Source of the DNA: Gemmatimonadota bacterium
GTDB taxonomy: Bacteria > Gemmatimonadota > Gemmatimonadetes > Gemmatimonadales > GWC2-71-9
NCBI GenBank assembly: GCA_041691295.1
Contig: JBEPVA010000002.1
Location: 4,271 to 68,270 of the forward strand
Reading direction: 5' to 3'
DNA length: 64,000 bases
Below the pieces are notes generated by a model. That model had not been told where the DNA came from and made no database searches. It saw only the letters and a list, made by a program, of their open reading frames with translations. Numbering within the stretch: position 1 is the stretch's first letter; each line of letters starts with the position of its first letter. The position numbers and the translations under genes are program-made. This document shows positions 18,081 to 26,386 of the stretch, in pieces.

Positions 18081-19674
18081 GTCGCCGGAACGACGGACCG
18101 TCGGACCGACGGTAGGATTGTCAGGCAGGCAACGGATTCACTCGCCCGCCTTGCCCGCCTCGGCCGTCCTGCCCTTCTCATCCGTCCTATCCGTCCTGCC
18201 CGTCTTATCCGTCCTGTTCGTCCTGCTGGCCACCACACTCCAGGCCCAGTCCAGGACCCTCGCCAAGCGCCTCGATTCCATCCTCGACGCGCCTGGCTTC
18301 AATCACCAGATCTGGGGCATCGCGCTGGTCGACAAGGGCGGCAAGCTGCTCTACGGCCGCAATGCCGACCGGCTGTTCATTCCAGCCAGCAACACCAAGC
18401 TGGTCGTCACCAGCAATGCCGTCGCTCGTCTGTCTCCCGACTTCAAGGTCAAGACCAGCCTCTACGCCACCGGCCCCCTCTCGGCTGGCGTTCTGGCGGG
18501 CGACCTGGTCCTCTACGGCCGCGGCGACCCGACCTGGAGCCGCCGCTGCTACGGCCTCGACACCACGGTGGCCGGCAACTGCGACACCGATCAGTTCGCC
18601 AAATTCCGCCAGCTGGCCACCGACCTCCGCACCGCCGGTGTGCGCGAAGTGCTCGGTGACCTGGTCGGTGATGGCAGCTACTTCGAGCCCCAGCTGATCA
18701 GCGGAGAGTGGTCGGCCTACGACCTCAACTGGTGGTACGCCGCGCCGGTCTCGGGACTCGGATTCAACGACAACAGCGTTGACCTGCACTGGAAGCCGGG
18801 TGCCAGCGAGGGCCAGCCCGCCGAGGTCGTCATGGATCCCGACCTCGGCGACCTGACCCTGGAAAACCGCAGTCGTACAGTCTCGGTCGGCGGCCAGACC
18901 ACCCTCGACTTCTTCCGCACCGCCGGTACCCTCGGTCTCTGGGCGGAAGGAGATGTGGCGCTCGACAACCGCGGCGGCACCGAGTCGTTCGCACTGCCGG
19001 ACCCCGCCATCTTTGCCGCCCGCGCCCTCCGCCAGGTGCTGGGCCAGGCGGGCATCACGATTCGCGGCACGGTGCGCTCCACTACCGATTCACTGCGGTA
19101 CCGCGCGGCCCGGGGCACCCCGCCACTGGCGGAAGTCGAATCCCGCCCCCTCAAGGAGTGGATCTTTCCGATCCTCAACACCAGCCAAAACTGGTTTGCC
19201 GAAATGCTGCTCAAGCAGCTGGGGCGCCAGTTCGGGGCCGCCGGTTCGTGGCAGAGCGGTACCGCGGTTGAACGGCGCTTCCTGATCGATTCGATGGGGG
19301 TGGACTCGGCCCAGATCTCGCTGGCCGACGGCTCGGGCTTGTCGGCCGACAACCTGGTGTCACCGCTGGCCTTTACCAGGGTGCTCAACTACATCCGGCG
19401 CAATCCGCACTTCGAGGTCTTCACCGCCGGTTTACCGCGTGCCGGACAGCCAGGCAGCCTGCGCAACCGCTTCAAGGGCACGGCCCTCGAGGGCCGAGTG
19501 GCGGCCAAGACCGGCACCATCAGCCTGGCCAGTACGCTGTCGGGCTACATCTTCACCGCGACCGGCGATACCCTCGTCTTCTCGATCCAGGCCAATCACC
19601 ACACCGCCACCGACCATGATATGAGGGCCCAGATCGACAGTCTGGTCGTGGCCATGGCGCGCCCGGCGCAATGA
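18046..19674 (+). CDS. dacB: D-alanyl-D-alanine carboxypeptidase/endopeptidase (PBP4, peptidase S13)
   Basis: ...LFIPASNTKLVV (SxxK), ...ADGSGLS..., ...AKTGTISLASTLSGYIF (KTG). The start is uncertain: ATG 18046 overlaps the permease by 35 nt, and an in-frame TTG at 18118 is an alternative. The signal-peptide region is encoded by nonamer repeats. Confidence 0.8.
   Translation: MQKRILECLLSKSPERRTVGPTVGLSGRQRIHSPALPASAVLPFSSVLSVLPVLSVLFVLLATTLQAQSRTLAKRLDSILDAPGFNHQIWGIALVDKGGKLLYGRNADRLFIPASNTKLVVTSNAVARLSPDFKVKTSLYATGPLSAGVLAGDLVLYGRGDPTWSRRCYGLDTTVAGNCDTDQFAKFRQLATDLRTAGVREVLGDLVGDGSYFEPQLISGEWSAYDLNWWYAAPVSGLGFNDNSVDLHWKPGASEGQPAEVVMDPDLGDLTLENRSRTVSVGGQTTLDFFRTAGTLGLWAEGDVALDNRGGTESFALPDPAIFAARALRQVLGQAGITIRGTVRSTTDSLRYRAARGTPPLAEVESRPLKEWIFPILNTSQNWFAEMLLKQLGRQFGAAGSWQSGTAVERRFLIDSMGVDSAQISLADGSGLSADNLVSPLAFTRVLNYIRRNPHFEVFTAGLPRAGQPGSLRNRFKGTALEGRVAAKTGTISLASTLSGYIFTATGDTLVFSIQANHHTATDHDMRAQIDSLVVAMARPAQ
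18087..18226. repeat. bipartite element: (GGACCGNC)x4 octamers ... (CCGTCCTNN)x7 nonamers, overlapping the dacB 5' end
   Basis: GGAACGAC GGACCGTC GGACCGAC GGTAGGAT (18087-18118). CCGTCCTGC CCTTCTCAT CCGTCCTAT CCGTCCTGC CCGTCTTAT CCGTCCTGT TCGTCCTGC (18164-18226). Confidence 0.85.
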
Positions 19675-20996
19675 GTCAGCTTCACGCCCGGCTCGAACGG
19701 CTCCGGCGGCCGGCCCTGGCTGCCTACGGTGTCGTCATCCTCATCGCGACTCTCACTCCGTTCACGGTCGACACCGATCCGGCCCATATCCGTGGCCGCC
19801 TGGCCCGGGCGCTGGTGGTGAGCCTCAACCGGGCCGACATCATCGATGCCGCCCGCAACGTGGTGCTGTTCGCCGGGTGGGGTCTGGTCTGGATGGCGAC
19901 CAGCCCCCGCGGCGGCAACTGGCGCTCGGTCCGCCAGGCCACGATCTGGGGATTCCTGCTCAGCCTCAGTGTCGAACTGTGCCAGCTCGGGTCCAGCAAT
20001 CGGTTCGCGAGCATCAACGATGTTCTGACCAATACCGGCGGAAGCTTCCTCGGCGCCATCTGTTTCGCCGCGGTGGTCTACACCCTGTATGGCCACCGCG
20101 ACCGGAAATCCTACTTCGGGCTGCCCGCCATTCTGCTGGCGGCCAGCTATGGCGCCAGTGCCTTTCTCGAGGCACTGGTCCCGCTCTTCCGGGACGACCA
20201 CGGCACCGTGCATGGAGGGCTGCTGACCCGGACGGCGATCATCCTCGCCGGATTCCGGTGGGATTCGATCCGGGATATTCCATGGGAGGACCTGTTCCTG
20301 TTCGCGCCGGCCGGCGTGCTGGCCGTGGTCGCGCTGGTGGAATCGGGCCGGTCCCATCGGGACGCTGCCTATCGAAGTGGCATTGCGGGCGCCATGCTCT
20401 GTCTGATGGCAGAACTGCTCCACGCCCCGCTCGGCATCCCGATTCTGCTGGGCTCGCTCCTGGCCCACATCGCCGGAGTCGGGCTCGGAGCCTGGGCCAC
20501 CGGGCGCTGGCTGGGCAGCTTCTCGCAGAATGTGCGTGGAGTGGATCGCCCGCGAATTCTGCTGTCTTGCTATGCAATCGTCCTGACGCTCTGGGCCTGG
20601 CGGCCCTTTCTGCCGGAATTCGATCCGGCCCAGTATGCCCGGAAGCTCCACGACCCGTGGTGGATCCCGCTGGCTCTCACCGAGCGGTGGAACGACTTCT
20701 TCTCGGTCGTGGATGTCTCGGTGCCGTTCTTCCTCGCCGTGCCACTCGGCGCCTTGCTGGCCGTCTGGCCCCTGCATCGAGTAGGGGCGCTGCGCACCGC
20801 ACTGCCGGGGATCTATCTGGCGCTGGTGCTCGAGGCCGGCCAGCTCTTTGTAGTCGGTCGCGAGCCGGACATCACCGATTTCCTGGTGGCGGCCGCCGGT
20901 GTGGCCATGGGGTGGCTCTGCCTGAGGCGGGCGGGGTTCCAGCCCTACGGTGAATTACTCAAGGCCCCGGCTCCGGCGCCAGCCGCATCCCGATGA
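19671..20996 (+). CDS. polytopic membrane protein with two VanZ-like domains
   Basis: 441 aa. Two copies of a VanZ-like pattern (..ADIIDAARNVVLFAGWGLVW.. ..ELCQLGSSNRFASINDVLTNTGGSFLG.. and ..LEAGQLFVVGREPDITDFLVAAAGVAMGWL). ATGA overlap with dacB. Confidence 0.6.
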   Translation: MSQLHARLERLRRPALAAYGVVILIATLTPFTVDTDPAHIRGRLARALVVSLNRADIIDAARNVVLFAGWGLVWMATSPRGGNWRSVRQATIWGFLLSLSVELCQLGSSNRFASINDVLTNTGGSFLGAICFAAVVYTLYGHRDRKSYFGLPAILLAASYGASAFLEALVPLFRDDHGTVHGGLLTRTAIILAGFRWDSIRDIPWEDLFLFAPAGVLAVVALVESGRSHRDAAYRSGIAGAMLCLMAELLHAPLGIPILLGSLLAHIAGVGLGAWATGRWLGSFSQNVRGVDRPRILLSCYAIVLTLWAWRPFLPEFDPAQYARKLHDPWWIPLALTERWNDFFSVVDVSVPFFLAVPLGALLAVWPLHRVGALRTALPGIYLALVLEAGQLFVVGREPDITDFLVAAAGVAMGWLCLRRAGFQPYGELLKAPAPAPAASR

Positions 20997-21493
20997 TTCT
21001 GCTGCTGGTGCGGCACGCACACGCCGGCGAGCGCGACTCGATGCAGTGGCCCGACGACACCCAGCGGCCGCTGACCCGACGCGGGCGCGAGGGGGCTCGC
21101 CGGATGGCGCGGCGGCTGCGCGAACAACGATTGATCCCCACCCTGATCCTGGCCTCGCCGTGGTGCCGGGCCTGGCAATCGGCCGAACTGCTGGCCGCCT
21201 TCAGTGATGCCAAGGCGCTGCCGGTCGAACTCGGCGCACTGGCGATGACCCCCGCCATCGCCCCGATCGCCAGAGCCATCGGGCCGCAGGACACGGCAGC
21301 CATCGTCGCGCTGGTCGGACACGAACCGTGGCTGGGACAACTGGCGTCGCTGCTGCTGGTGGGGCGTCGGGAAGCGCTGGCGGTCGATTTTCCCAAGGCG
21401 GGAGTGCTCGGCCTCGAGATCGGGGAACTCAGCCGTGGCCAGGCGCAGCTGCGCTTCTTTCTGCGGCCGAAACAGGAAAAGCGCGGCGATTGA
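20993..21493 (+). CDS. sixA: phosphohistidine phosphatase SixA-like (histidine phosphatase superfamily)
   Basis: MILLLVRHAHAG (RHG-type motif), ..LASPWCRAWQSAE.., ..LVGHEPWLG.. ATGA overlap with the upstream gene. Confidence 0.75.
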   Translation: MILLLVRHAHAGERDSMQWPDDTQRPLTRRGREGARRMARRLREQRLIPTLILASPWCRAWQSAELLAAFSDAKALPVELGALAMTPAIAPIARAIGPQDTAAIVALVGHEPWLGQLASLLLVGRREALAVDFPKAGVLGLEIGELSRGQAQLRFFLRPKQEKRGD

Positions 21494-22391
21494 CCTGGAA
21501 GTCGAAGACGTCCGGCCTGCTGTAGTGGCCGCTGACGTCGAGCGTCATGGCCTGCTGGCGGATTGCGGTCAGGTCGATATCGGCCAGCAGGATTTTTTCT
21601 TCGTTGAAGCAGGGACCGGCCAGGATTTTCCCATCGGGCCCGATGATCGCGCTGCCCCCCGTGAGCAGCAGCTTCTCCGGCGGCCCCTGGTACTTGGCCG
21701 CAATCGTCAGATCCTTCGGCAGCTCGTCCAGCCGCAGCAGGCTCCCCACCGCCAGCACGAAGCAGCGACCTTCAAAGGCATAGTGACGGCTGGCGACCAG
21801 GTGCATGTCAGGCACGGCCGGCCACAGCGCCACGTGAATGTCCTCGTGCTCGTCATGCATGGCCTGGCGGGTCAGCGGCATCCAGTGTTCCCAGCAGATC
21901 AGGGCGCCCACCCGCCCAAGGGCCGTGATCGGCGCCCGCAAACCGGCGCCATCGCCCTGCCCCCAGATCAGTCGTTCCGAATAGGTGGGGATCAGCTTGC
22001 GGTGACGGTTGAGCAGGGCGCCGTCGGGTCCGAAGGTCAGCGCTGCATTGAATAGCGTGCGTCCGGCGCGTTCATGGGCCCCGACTACCAGCACCACACC
22101 GTGCGCACGGGCGATTTCCGCCATACGGGTGGCCGCGGGACTCGGAAACTCAACCGCGTTGTCCATCAGCCGGACGAAGACATCACGGGCGGCGGCATCT
22201 CCCCAGACTGCGGCCCCCTCACACATATCGAGCCAGGCCGGATACCCCGGCAGCCAGCTCTCGCCAAAGGCGACTAGCCGCGCCCCCTGACTCGCCGCCT
22301 CGGCGGTCAGTTCGGACAGCCGGTCCAGTGACGCATCGAGATTGAGGAAGACCGGCGCGGCCTGGACCGCGGCGACACGAACTGTGGACAT
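21429..22391 (-). CDS. nitrilase / carbon-nitrogen hydrolase family protein
   Basis: MSTVRVAAVQAAPVFL..., ..VAFGESWLPGYP.., catalytic Cys context ..GALICWEHWMP.. The 3' end overlaps the sixA 3' end convergently. Confidence 0.85.
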   Translation of the reverse strand: MSTVRVAAVQAAPVFLNLDASLDRLSELTAEAASQGARLVAFGESWLPGYPAWLDMCEGAAVWGDAAARDVFVRLMDNAVEFPSPAATRMAEIARAHGVVLVVGAHERAGRTLFNAALTFGPDGALLNRHRKLIPTYSERLIWGQGDGAGLRAPITALGRVGALICWEHWMPLTRQAMHDEHEDIHVALWPAVPDMHLVASRHYAFEGRCFVLAVGSLLRLDELPKDLTIAAKYQGPPEKLLLTGGSAIIGPDGKILAGPCFNEEKILLADIDLTAIRQQAMTLDVSGHYSRPDVFDFQVNRRAFPVSAAERSAAAPGHG

Positions 22392-22411
22392 GCGGGTCAC
22401 CTCCGAGTGCT

Positions 22412-22467
22412 GGTGGTTCCGGGTTTCAGGTTCCAGGTTCCAGGTTCCAGGTTCCAGGTTCCAAAGG
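22412..22467. repeat. tandem heptamer array (CCAGGTT)n, 4 perfect plus flanking degenerate units
   Basis: GGTGGTT CCGGGTT TCAGGTT CCAGGTT CCAGGTT CCAGGTT CCAGGTT CCAAAGG, in the divergent nitrilase/fprA region. Confidence 0.9.
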
Positions 22468-22531
22468 TTGTGCTGCTGGTCGATTGATCGCTAGTCTGAC
22501 GGATCATCCCGGCCTCCCTCCTCCGTTCACT

Positions 22532-22587
22532 TTTCGCCATTTGCCTTTCGCCGCTCCCCTCTCCCATCGCCCGTCTCCCTTCTATCT
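22532..22587. repeat. pyrimidine-rich phased heptamers immediately upstream of fprA
   Basis: TTTCGCC ATTTGCC TTTCGCC GCTCCCC TCTCCCA TCGCCCG TCTCCCT TCTATCT. Shares CCCCTCTCCCATC with the element at 4362. Confidence 0.75.
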
Positions 22588-22595
22588 TATGCCCC

Positions 22596-23990
22596 ATGTC
22601 CATTCCCAGTCCGGCCCCTCTCCGGGTCGCCATCGTCGGCTCCGGGCCGTCCGGCTTCTTTTCCATCGAGCACCTGCAGCGCAGGCTGCCCGGTGTGAGC
22701 ATCGACCTGTTCGACCGCCTGCCAACGCCGTTTGGCCTGGTCCGCGGCGGAGTGGCGCCCGACCACCAGAAGATCAAGGCGGTCACCCGGGTCTACGAAA
22801 AGCTGGCGGCCCAACCGGGCTTCCGATTCTTCGGCAATGTCGAGATCGGGCGCGACCTTTTCCGCGACGAACTGCTGGCCCGCTACCACGCTGTCATCTA
22901 CGCCTTTGGCGCCCGGTCCGATCGGGCACTCGGCATCCCCGGTGAAGCGCTGGCCGGCAGTCATGCCGCCACCGAGTTCGTGGCCTGGTACAACGGTCAC
23001 CCCGATTTCCGTGATCGCCTCTTCGACTTGAGCCAGCCGGCAGTGGCGGTCATCGGGATGGGCAACGTCGCGGTCGATGTGGTCCGGATCCTGGCTCGCA
23101 CGCCGGAGGAGCTGGCCAGGACGGATATCGCAACCTACGCCCTCGAGGCGCTGGCCGAGAGCAAGGTGCGGGACATCTACATGATCGGCCGGCGGGGCCC
23201 GGTGCAGGCGGCGTTCACCAATCCCGAGGTCAAGGAACTGGGTGAACTCCCGGGCGCCGACGCGATCGTGTACCCTGAGGAGCTCGAGCTCGATCCGACC
23301 AGCGCGGAGATGGCCGCGGCCGGCGATCACACCATCGACCGCAATCTCCAGACGCTCCGAGCCATGGCGGCCCATGGCATCACCGGCAAGCCGAAACGGT
23401 TGCATATCCGTTTTCTGTTGAGCCCGGTGGCACTTGAAGGGAATGGCCGAGTCGAGCGGATCCAACTGGCCCGGAACCGCCTGGTGAAAGTCGCCGGTCA
23501 CGAGGTGAAGGCCGAGTCCAGCGGCGAAACCGAGGCCATCGATGCAGGACTGGTGTTCCGCTCGGTTGGCTATCGCGGGACGGGAATTCCAGGAGTTCCG
23601 GTCGACCCCAGGCGCGGCATTGTCTCCAACGCCGAAGGCCGGGTACTCTCGTCGACCGGCACTCCGGCCCGCGGCGAATACGTGGTCGGGTGGATCAAGC
23701 GGGGACCCAGCGGAGTCATCGGCACCAACAAGCCCGATGCCGTCGAGACGGTCGATCACCTGCTTGACGATCATGCGGCAGGACTGCTGAAAGACCCTTC
23801 CGAGGGCGTCTCGATCGACGAGTTACTGACCGCACGCAATGTTCGCGTCGTCGATTGGGCCGACTGGCGGGCCCTCGATGAGATCGAGCGCAGCCGAGGC
23901 TCGGCACTGGGGCGGCCGAGGGTCAAGTTCACCCGAATTTCCGAGATGCTGGCCGCCCTGGATGGCGCCGGCACCCCGACACACGCCTGA
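22596..23990 (+). CDS. fprA: ferredoxin--NADP+ reductase, FprA/adrenodoxin-reductase type
   Basis: RVAIVGSGPSGFF (FAD GxGxxG), ..FGLVRGGVAPDH.., second dinucleotide fold ..VAVIGMGNVAVDV.., ..GWIKRGPSGVIGTNK.. Confidence 0.85.
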   Translation: MSIPSPAPLRVAIVGSGPSGFFSIEHLQRRLPGVSIDLFDRLPTPFGLVRGGVAPDHQKIKAVTRVYEKLAAQPGFRFFGNVEIGRDLFRDELLARYHAVIYAFGARSDRALGIPGEALAGSHAATEFVAWYNGHPDFRDRLFDLSQPAVAVIGMGNVAVDVVRILARTPEELARTDIATYALEALAESKVRDIYMIGRRGPVQAAFTNPEVKELGELPGADAIVYPEELELDPTSAEMAAAGDHTIDRNLQTLRAMAAHGITGKPKRLHIRFLLSPVALEGNGRVERIQLARNRLVKVAGHEVKAESSGETEAIDAGLVFRSVGYRGTGIPGVPVDPRRGIVSNAEGRVLSSTGTPARGEYVVGWIKRGPSGVIGTNKPDAVETVDHLLDDHAAGLLKDPSEGVSIDELLTARNVRVVDWADWRALDEIERSRGSALGRPRVKFTRISEMLAALDGAGTPTHA

Positions 23991-23993
23991 CTC

Positions 23994-25154
23994 ATGCCCG
24001 TGACCCTGATCGACACCGCCCGCCTGACCCTGGCGCCGTTTACCCCGGAAGCCATCGACGCCCTCCTTCGTGGCGACCAGGCCCTGCTCCGCCAGCTGAC
24101 CAATGCCAACTTCCCGCTGCCACTGCGGCCGCCGCCGCTGATGGAATCGCTGCTGCCCCAGGTCAGGGATCAGGTCAGGGCCCAGCCCGACACGGCAGGT
24201 TGGTGGACCTGGCTCGCCATCCGTCGGGACACCCGCGATGTCGTTGGCGCGCTCGGCTTCGGTGGTCCGCCCGACGCTGAGGGTGCGGTCCTCCTGGGAT
24301 ATGCCACCTATGCCGAAGCTGACGGCCGCGGCTTCGGGTCCGAAGCAGTCGGAGCGCTCATTGCCTGGGCACTGGTAGAACCTGGCTGCCGACGGGTCTG
24401 CGCCAATATTCCGCCCGATAACACCGGTGCCCGCCGGGTGGCCGAAAAGGTCGGGATGCGGCTGGTCGGCAAGTTGTGGGACGAGGACATCGATGAGGTG
24501 CTGGTATACGCGGCCGGCAGCGGCGAGCCGGCCGGAGAACCGCCGCATCCGATGCCTCTTCCCGCCGGCTCCCCGACCCCGGCTCTTTCCGTGCCCGACA
24601 CCACCCACAACCGGATCTACACCAAGACTGGCGATCGGGGGGAGACCGGGCTGTTCGGCGGCGGGCGGGTGCCCAAGGATCATCCGCGGGTCTCGGCCTA
24701 TGGTGATGTCGACGAGCTCAACAGCGCGATCGGCGTCGCCCGGGCGGCACCACCCGCAACCCTGCACGACGAGCTGCTCCAGTCCATTCAACGCGACCTC
24801 TTTTCCATCGGTGGCCACCTGGCCACTCCCGATCCTGACCGGGTGCGCAAGGCGCTGGAAAAAGCCGAGCTCTCGGCCAGCCGCATCGCGGAGTTCGAGG
24901 CCGCCATGGACGCCGCCGACCGCGAGCTGCCGCCGCTGAGGGCATTCGTCCTGCCCGCCGGCACCCAGAAGGCTGCCGCACTGCACCTGGCCCGCACCAT
25001 CTGCCGTCGGGCCGAAAGAAATCTGGTCCACCTGTCGCATGAGGCCGCGGTGCCGGAGCTGTTCATCGTTTATCTCAACCGGCTGTCGGACCTGCTCTTC
25101 ACTCTGGCCCGGTTGGCCAATCGACGCAACGGCACCGGCGATGTGACCTGGTAG
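23994..25154 (+). CDS. fusion protein: N-terminal GNAT-like acetyltransferase domain + C-terminal PduO-type ATP:cob(I)alamin adenosyltransferase
   Basis: Residues ~1-175 are RimJ/RimL-like GNAT (..LTLAPFTPEA.., ..GRGFGSEAVGALIAWAL.., ..NTGARRVAEKVGM..), followed by a Pro-rich linker. Then IYTKTGDRGETGLFGGGRVPKDHPRVSAYGDVDELNS, the canonical PduO/MMAB N-terminus. Single open frame. An in-frame GTG at 24591 could give a separate PduO product. Confidence 0.75.
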   Translation: MPVTLIDTARLTLAPFTPEAIDALLRGDQALLRQLTNANFPLPLRPPPLMESLLPQVRDQVRAQPDTAGWWTWLAIRRDTRDVVGALGFGGPPDAEGAVLLGYATYAEADGRGFGSEAVGALIAWALVEPGCRRVCANIPPDNTGARRVAEKVGMRLVGKLWDEDIDEVLVYAAGSGEPAGEPPHPMPLPAGSPTPALSVPDTTHNRIYTKTGDRGETGLFGGGRVPKDHPRVSAYGDVDELNSAIGVARAAPPATLHDELLQSIQRDLFSIGGHLATPDPDRVRKALEKAELSASRIAEFEAAMDAADRELPPLRAFVLPAGTQKAAALHLARTICRRAERNLVHLSHEAAVPELFIVYLNRLSDLLFTLARLANRRNGTGDVTW

Positions 25155-25220
25155 GAAGACGGCGCAAGGAGGAAGGCGGAAGCGTGACAAAATGTTTTGC
25201 TCTCCTCCTTCCTCCCTCCT
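25151..25220. repeat. phased heptamer element: (GAAGGCG-like)x5 ... (CCYTCCT)x3
   Basis: GTAGGAA GACGGCG CAAGGAG GAAGGCG GAAGCGT | GACAAAA TGTTTTG | CTCTCCT CCTTCCT CCCTCCT in one register. GGAGGAAGG (25168-25176) is complementary to CCTTCCTCC (25207-25215). Confidence 0.8.
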
Positions 25221-25244
25221 GGTTCTTCGTTAGGTTGGACCCCC

Positions 25245-26384
25245 ATGCCGCCGATCACCGTCAATCACTCCCAGGGTTCGTACCAGGTTCACGTTGAGCC
25301 GGGATTGCTGCTGTCACTGCATTCGCTGCTGGTCGAACCGCTGGCGGGGCGGCGGCTGGCACTGATCACCGACGACACGGTGGCGGCCAGGTACGATGAA
25401 TGGACCAGCGCCACCACCGCCCACCGTGAACTGGGGGCCCGGGCCAGCGATGCCGGGATCCGCCTCAAGCCCAAGTTGCGACTGACCTTCCCGCCCGGCG
25501 AAAAATCCAAGACCCGCGAAACCTGGAGCCGGCTGTCCGACCAACTGCTGGCCGAAGGCTTCGACCGCAACAGCGCGATCGTGGCCCTGGGCGGTGGCGT
25601 GGTGGGTGACCTGGCCGGTTTCGTGGCGGCAACGTATCTCCGCGGATTGCCCTACGCGCAAGTGCCGACCACGCTGCTGGCCATGCTGGATGCCTCGGTC
25701 GGTGGCAAGGTGGCGGTGGACACTGCCCAGGGAAAGAACCTGATCGGCGCCTTTCATCCGCCGGCCATCGTGGTGGCCGATCCGCTGACGCTCCTGACCC
25801 TGCCCGAGCGCGAATACCGGGGAGGACTGGCCGAAGCGGTGAAGCACGGACTGATCGCGGATGCCAGCTATTTCGGCTGGATCGAAACCAGTGTCCGGCA
25901 GATCGGTGCCCGGGACCTGCGGGCCCTTGAGCGGCTGATCATCCGCAGCGTCGAGATCAAGGCCGCGGTGGTTGAGGCAGACGAGCACGAGCGGGGCCGC
26001 CGGGCGATTCTCAACGCCGGTCACACCGTCGCCCATGCCATCGAACAGGTCAGCGGCTACATCGTTCCACATGGTGAAGCGGTCTCGATCGGGCTGGTCG
26101 CGGAGTGCCGGCTGGCCGAGCAGCTCAGCATCCTGGCTGGAGGCACCGCGGACCGGGTGGCGGCGCTGCTGGCCAGATTGTCCCTCCCGATCTCGCTCCC
26201 GATACCCATGGCAGTGGCTGATCTGCTGCCGGCCATGGCCAGCGACAAGAAGAACCGAGACGGCCATATTCGGCTGGCCCTGCCCGCCACATTGGGGACC
26301 ATGCACCTCGGGTCCGGGCACTGGACCGTTCCGGTCGGTCCTGAGGATCTGGGGCCGGCACTTCGATCAATTGGAGCAACCTAA
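25245..26384 (+). CDS. aroB: 3-dehydroquinate synthase
   Basis: ..ALGGGVVGDLAGFVAATYLRGLPYAQVPTTLLAMLDASVGGKVAVD.., ..LNAGHTVAHAIE.. Start taken at ATG 25245 (MPPITVNH). Confidence 0.9.
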   Translation: MPPITVNHSQGSYQVHVEPGLLLSLHSLLVEPLAGRRLALITDDTVAARYDEWTSATTAHRELGARASDAGIRLKPKLRLTFPPGEKSKTRETWSRLSDQLLAEGFDRNSAIVALGGGVVGDLAGFVAATYLRGLPYAQVPTTLLAMLDASVGGKVAVDTAQGKNLIGAFHPPAIVVADPLTLLTLPEREYRGGLAEAVKHGLIADASYFGWIETSVRQIGARDLRALERLIIRSVEIKAAVVEADEHERGRRAILNAGHTVAHAIEQVSGYIVPHGEAVSIGLVAECRLAEQLSILAGGTADRVAALLARLSLPISLPIPMAVADLLPAMASDKKNRDGHIRLALPATLGTMHLGSGHWTVPVGPEDLGPALRSIGAT

Positions 26385-26386
26385 AC

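Noticed and set aside
22397-22786. ORF 22397..22786(-) whose product contains the repeat ..GTWNLEPGTWNLKPG..
   Set aside because: - The repetitive peptide is simply the translation of the CCAGGTT heptamer array in the divergent intergenic region.
- The rest overlaps fprA out of frame and is low-complexity.
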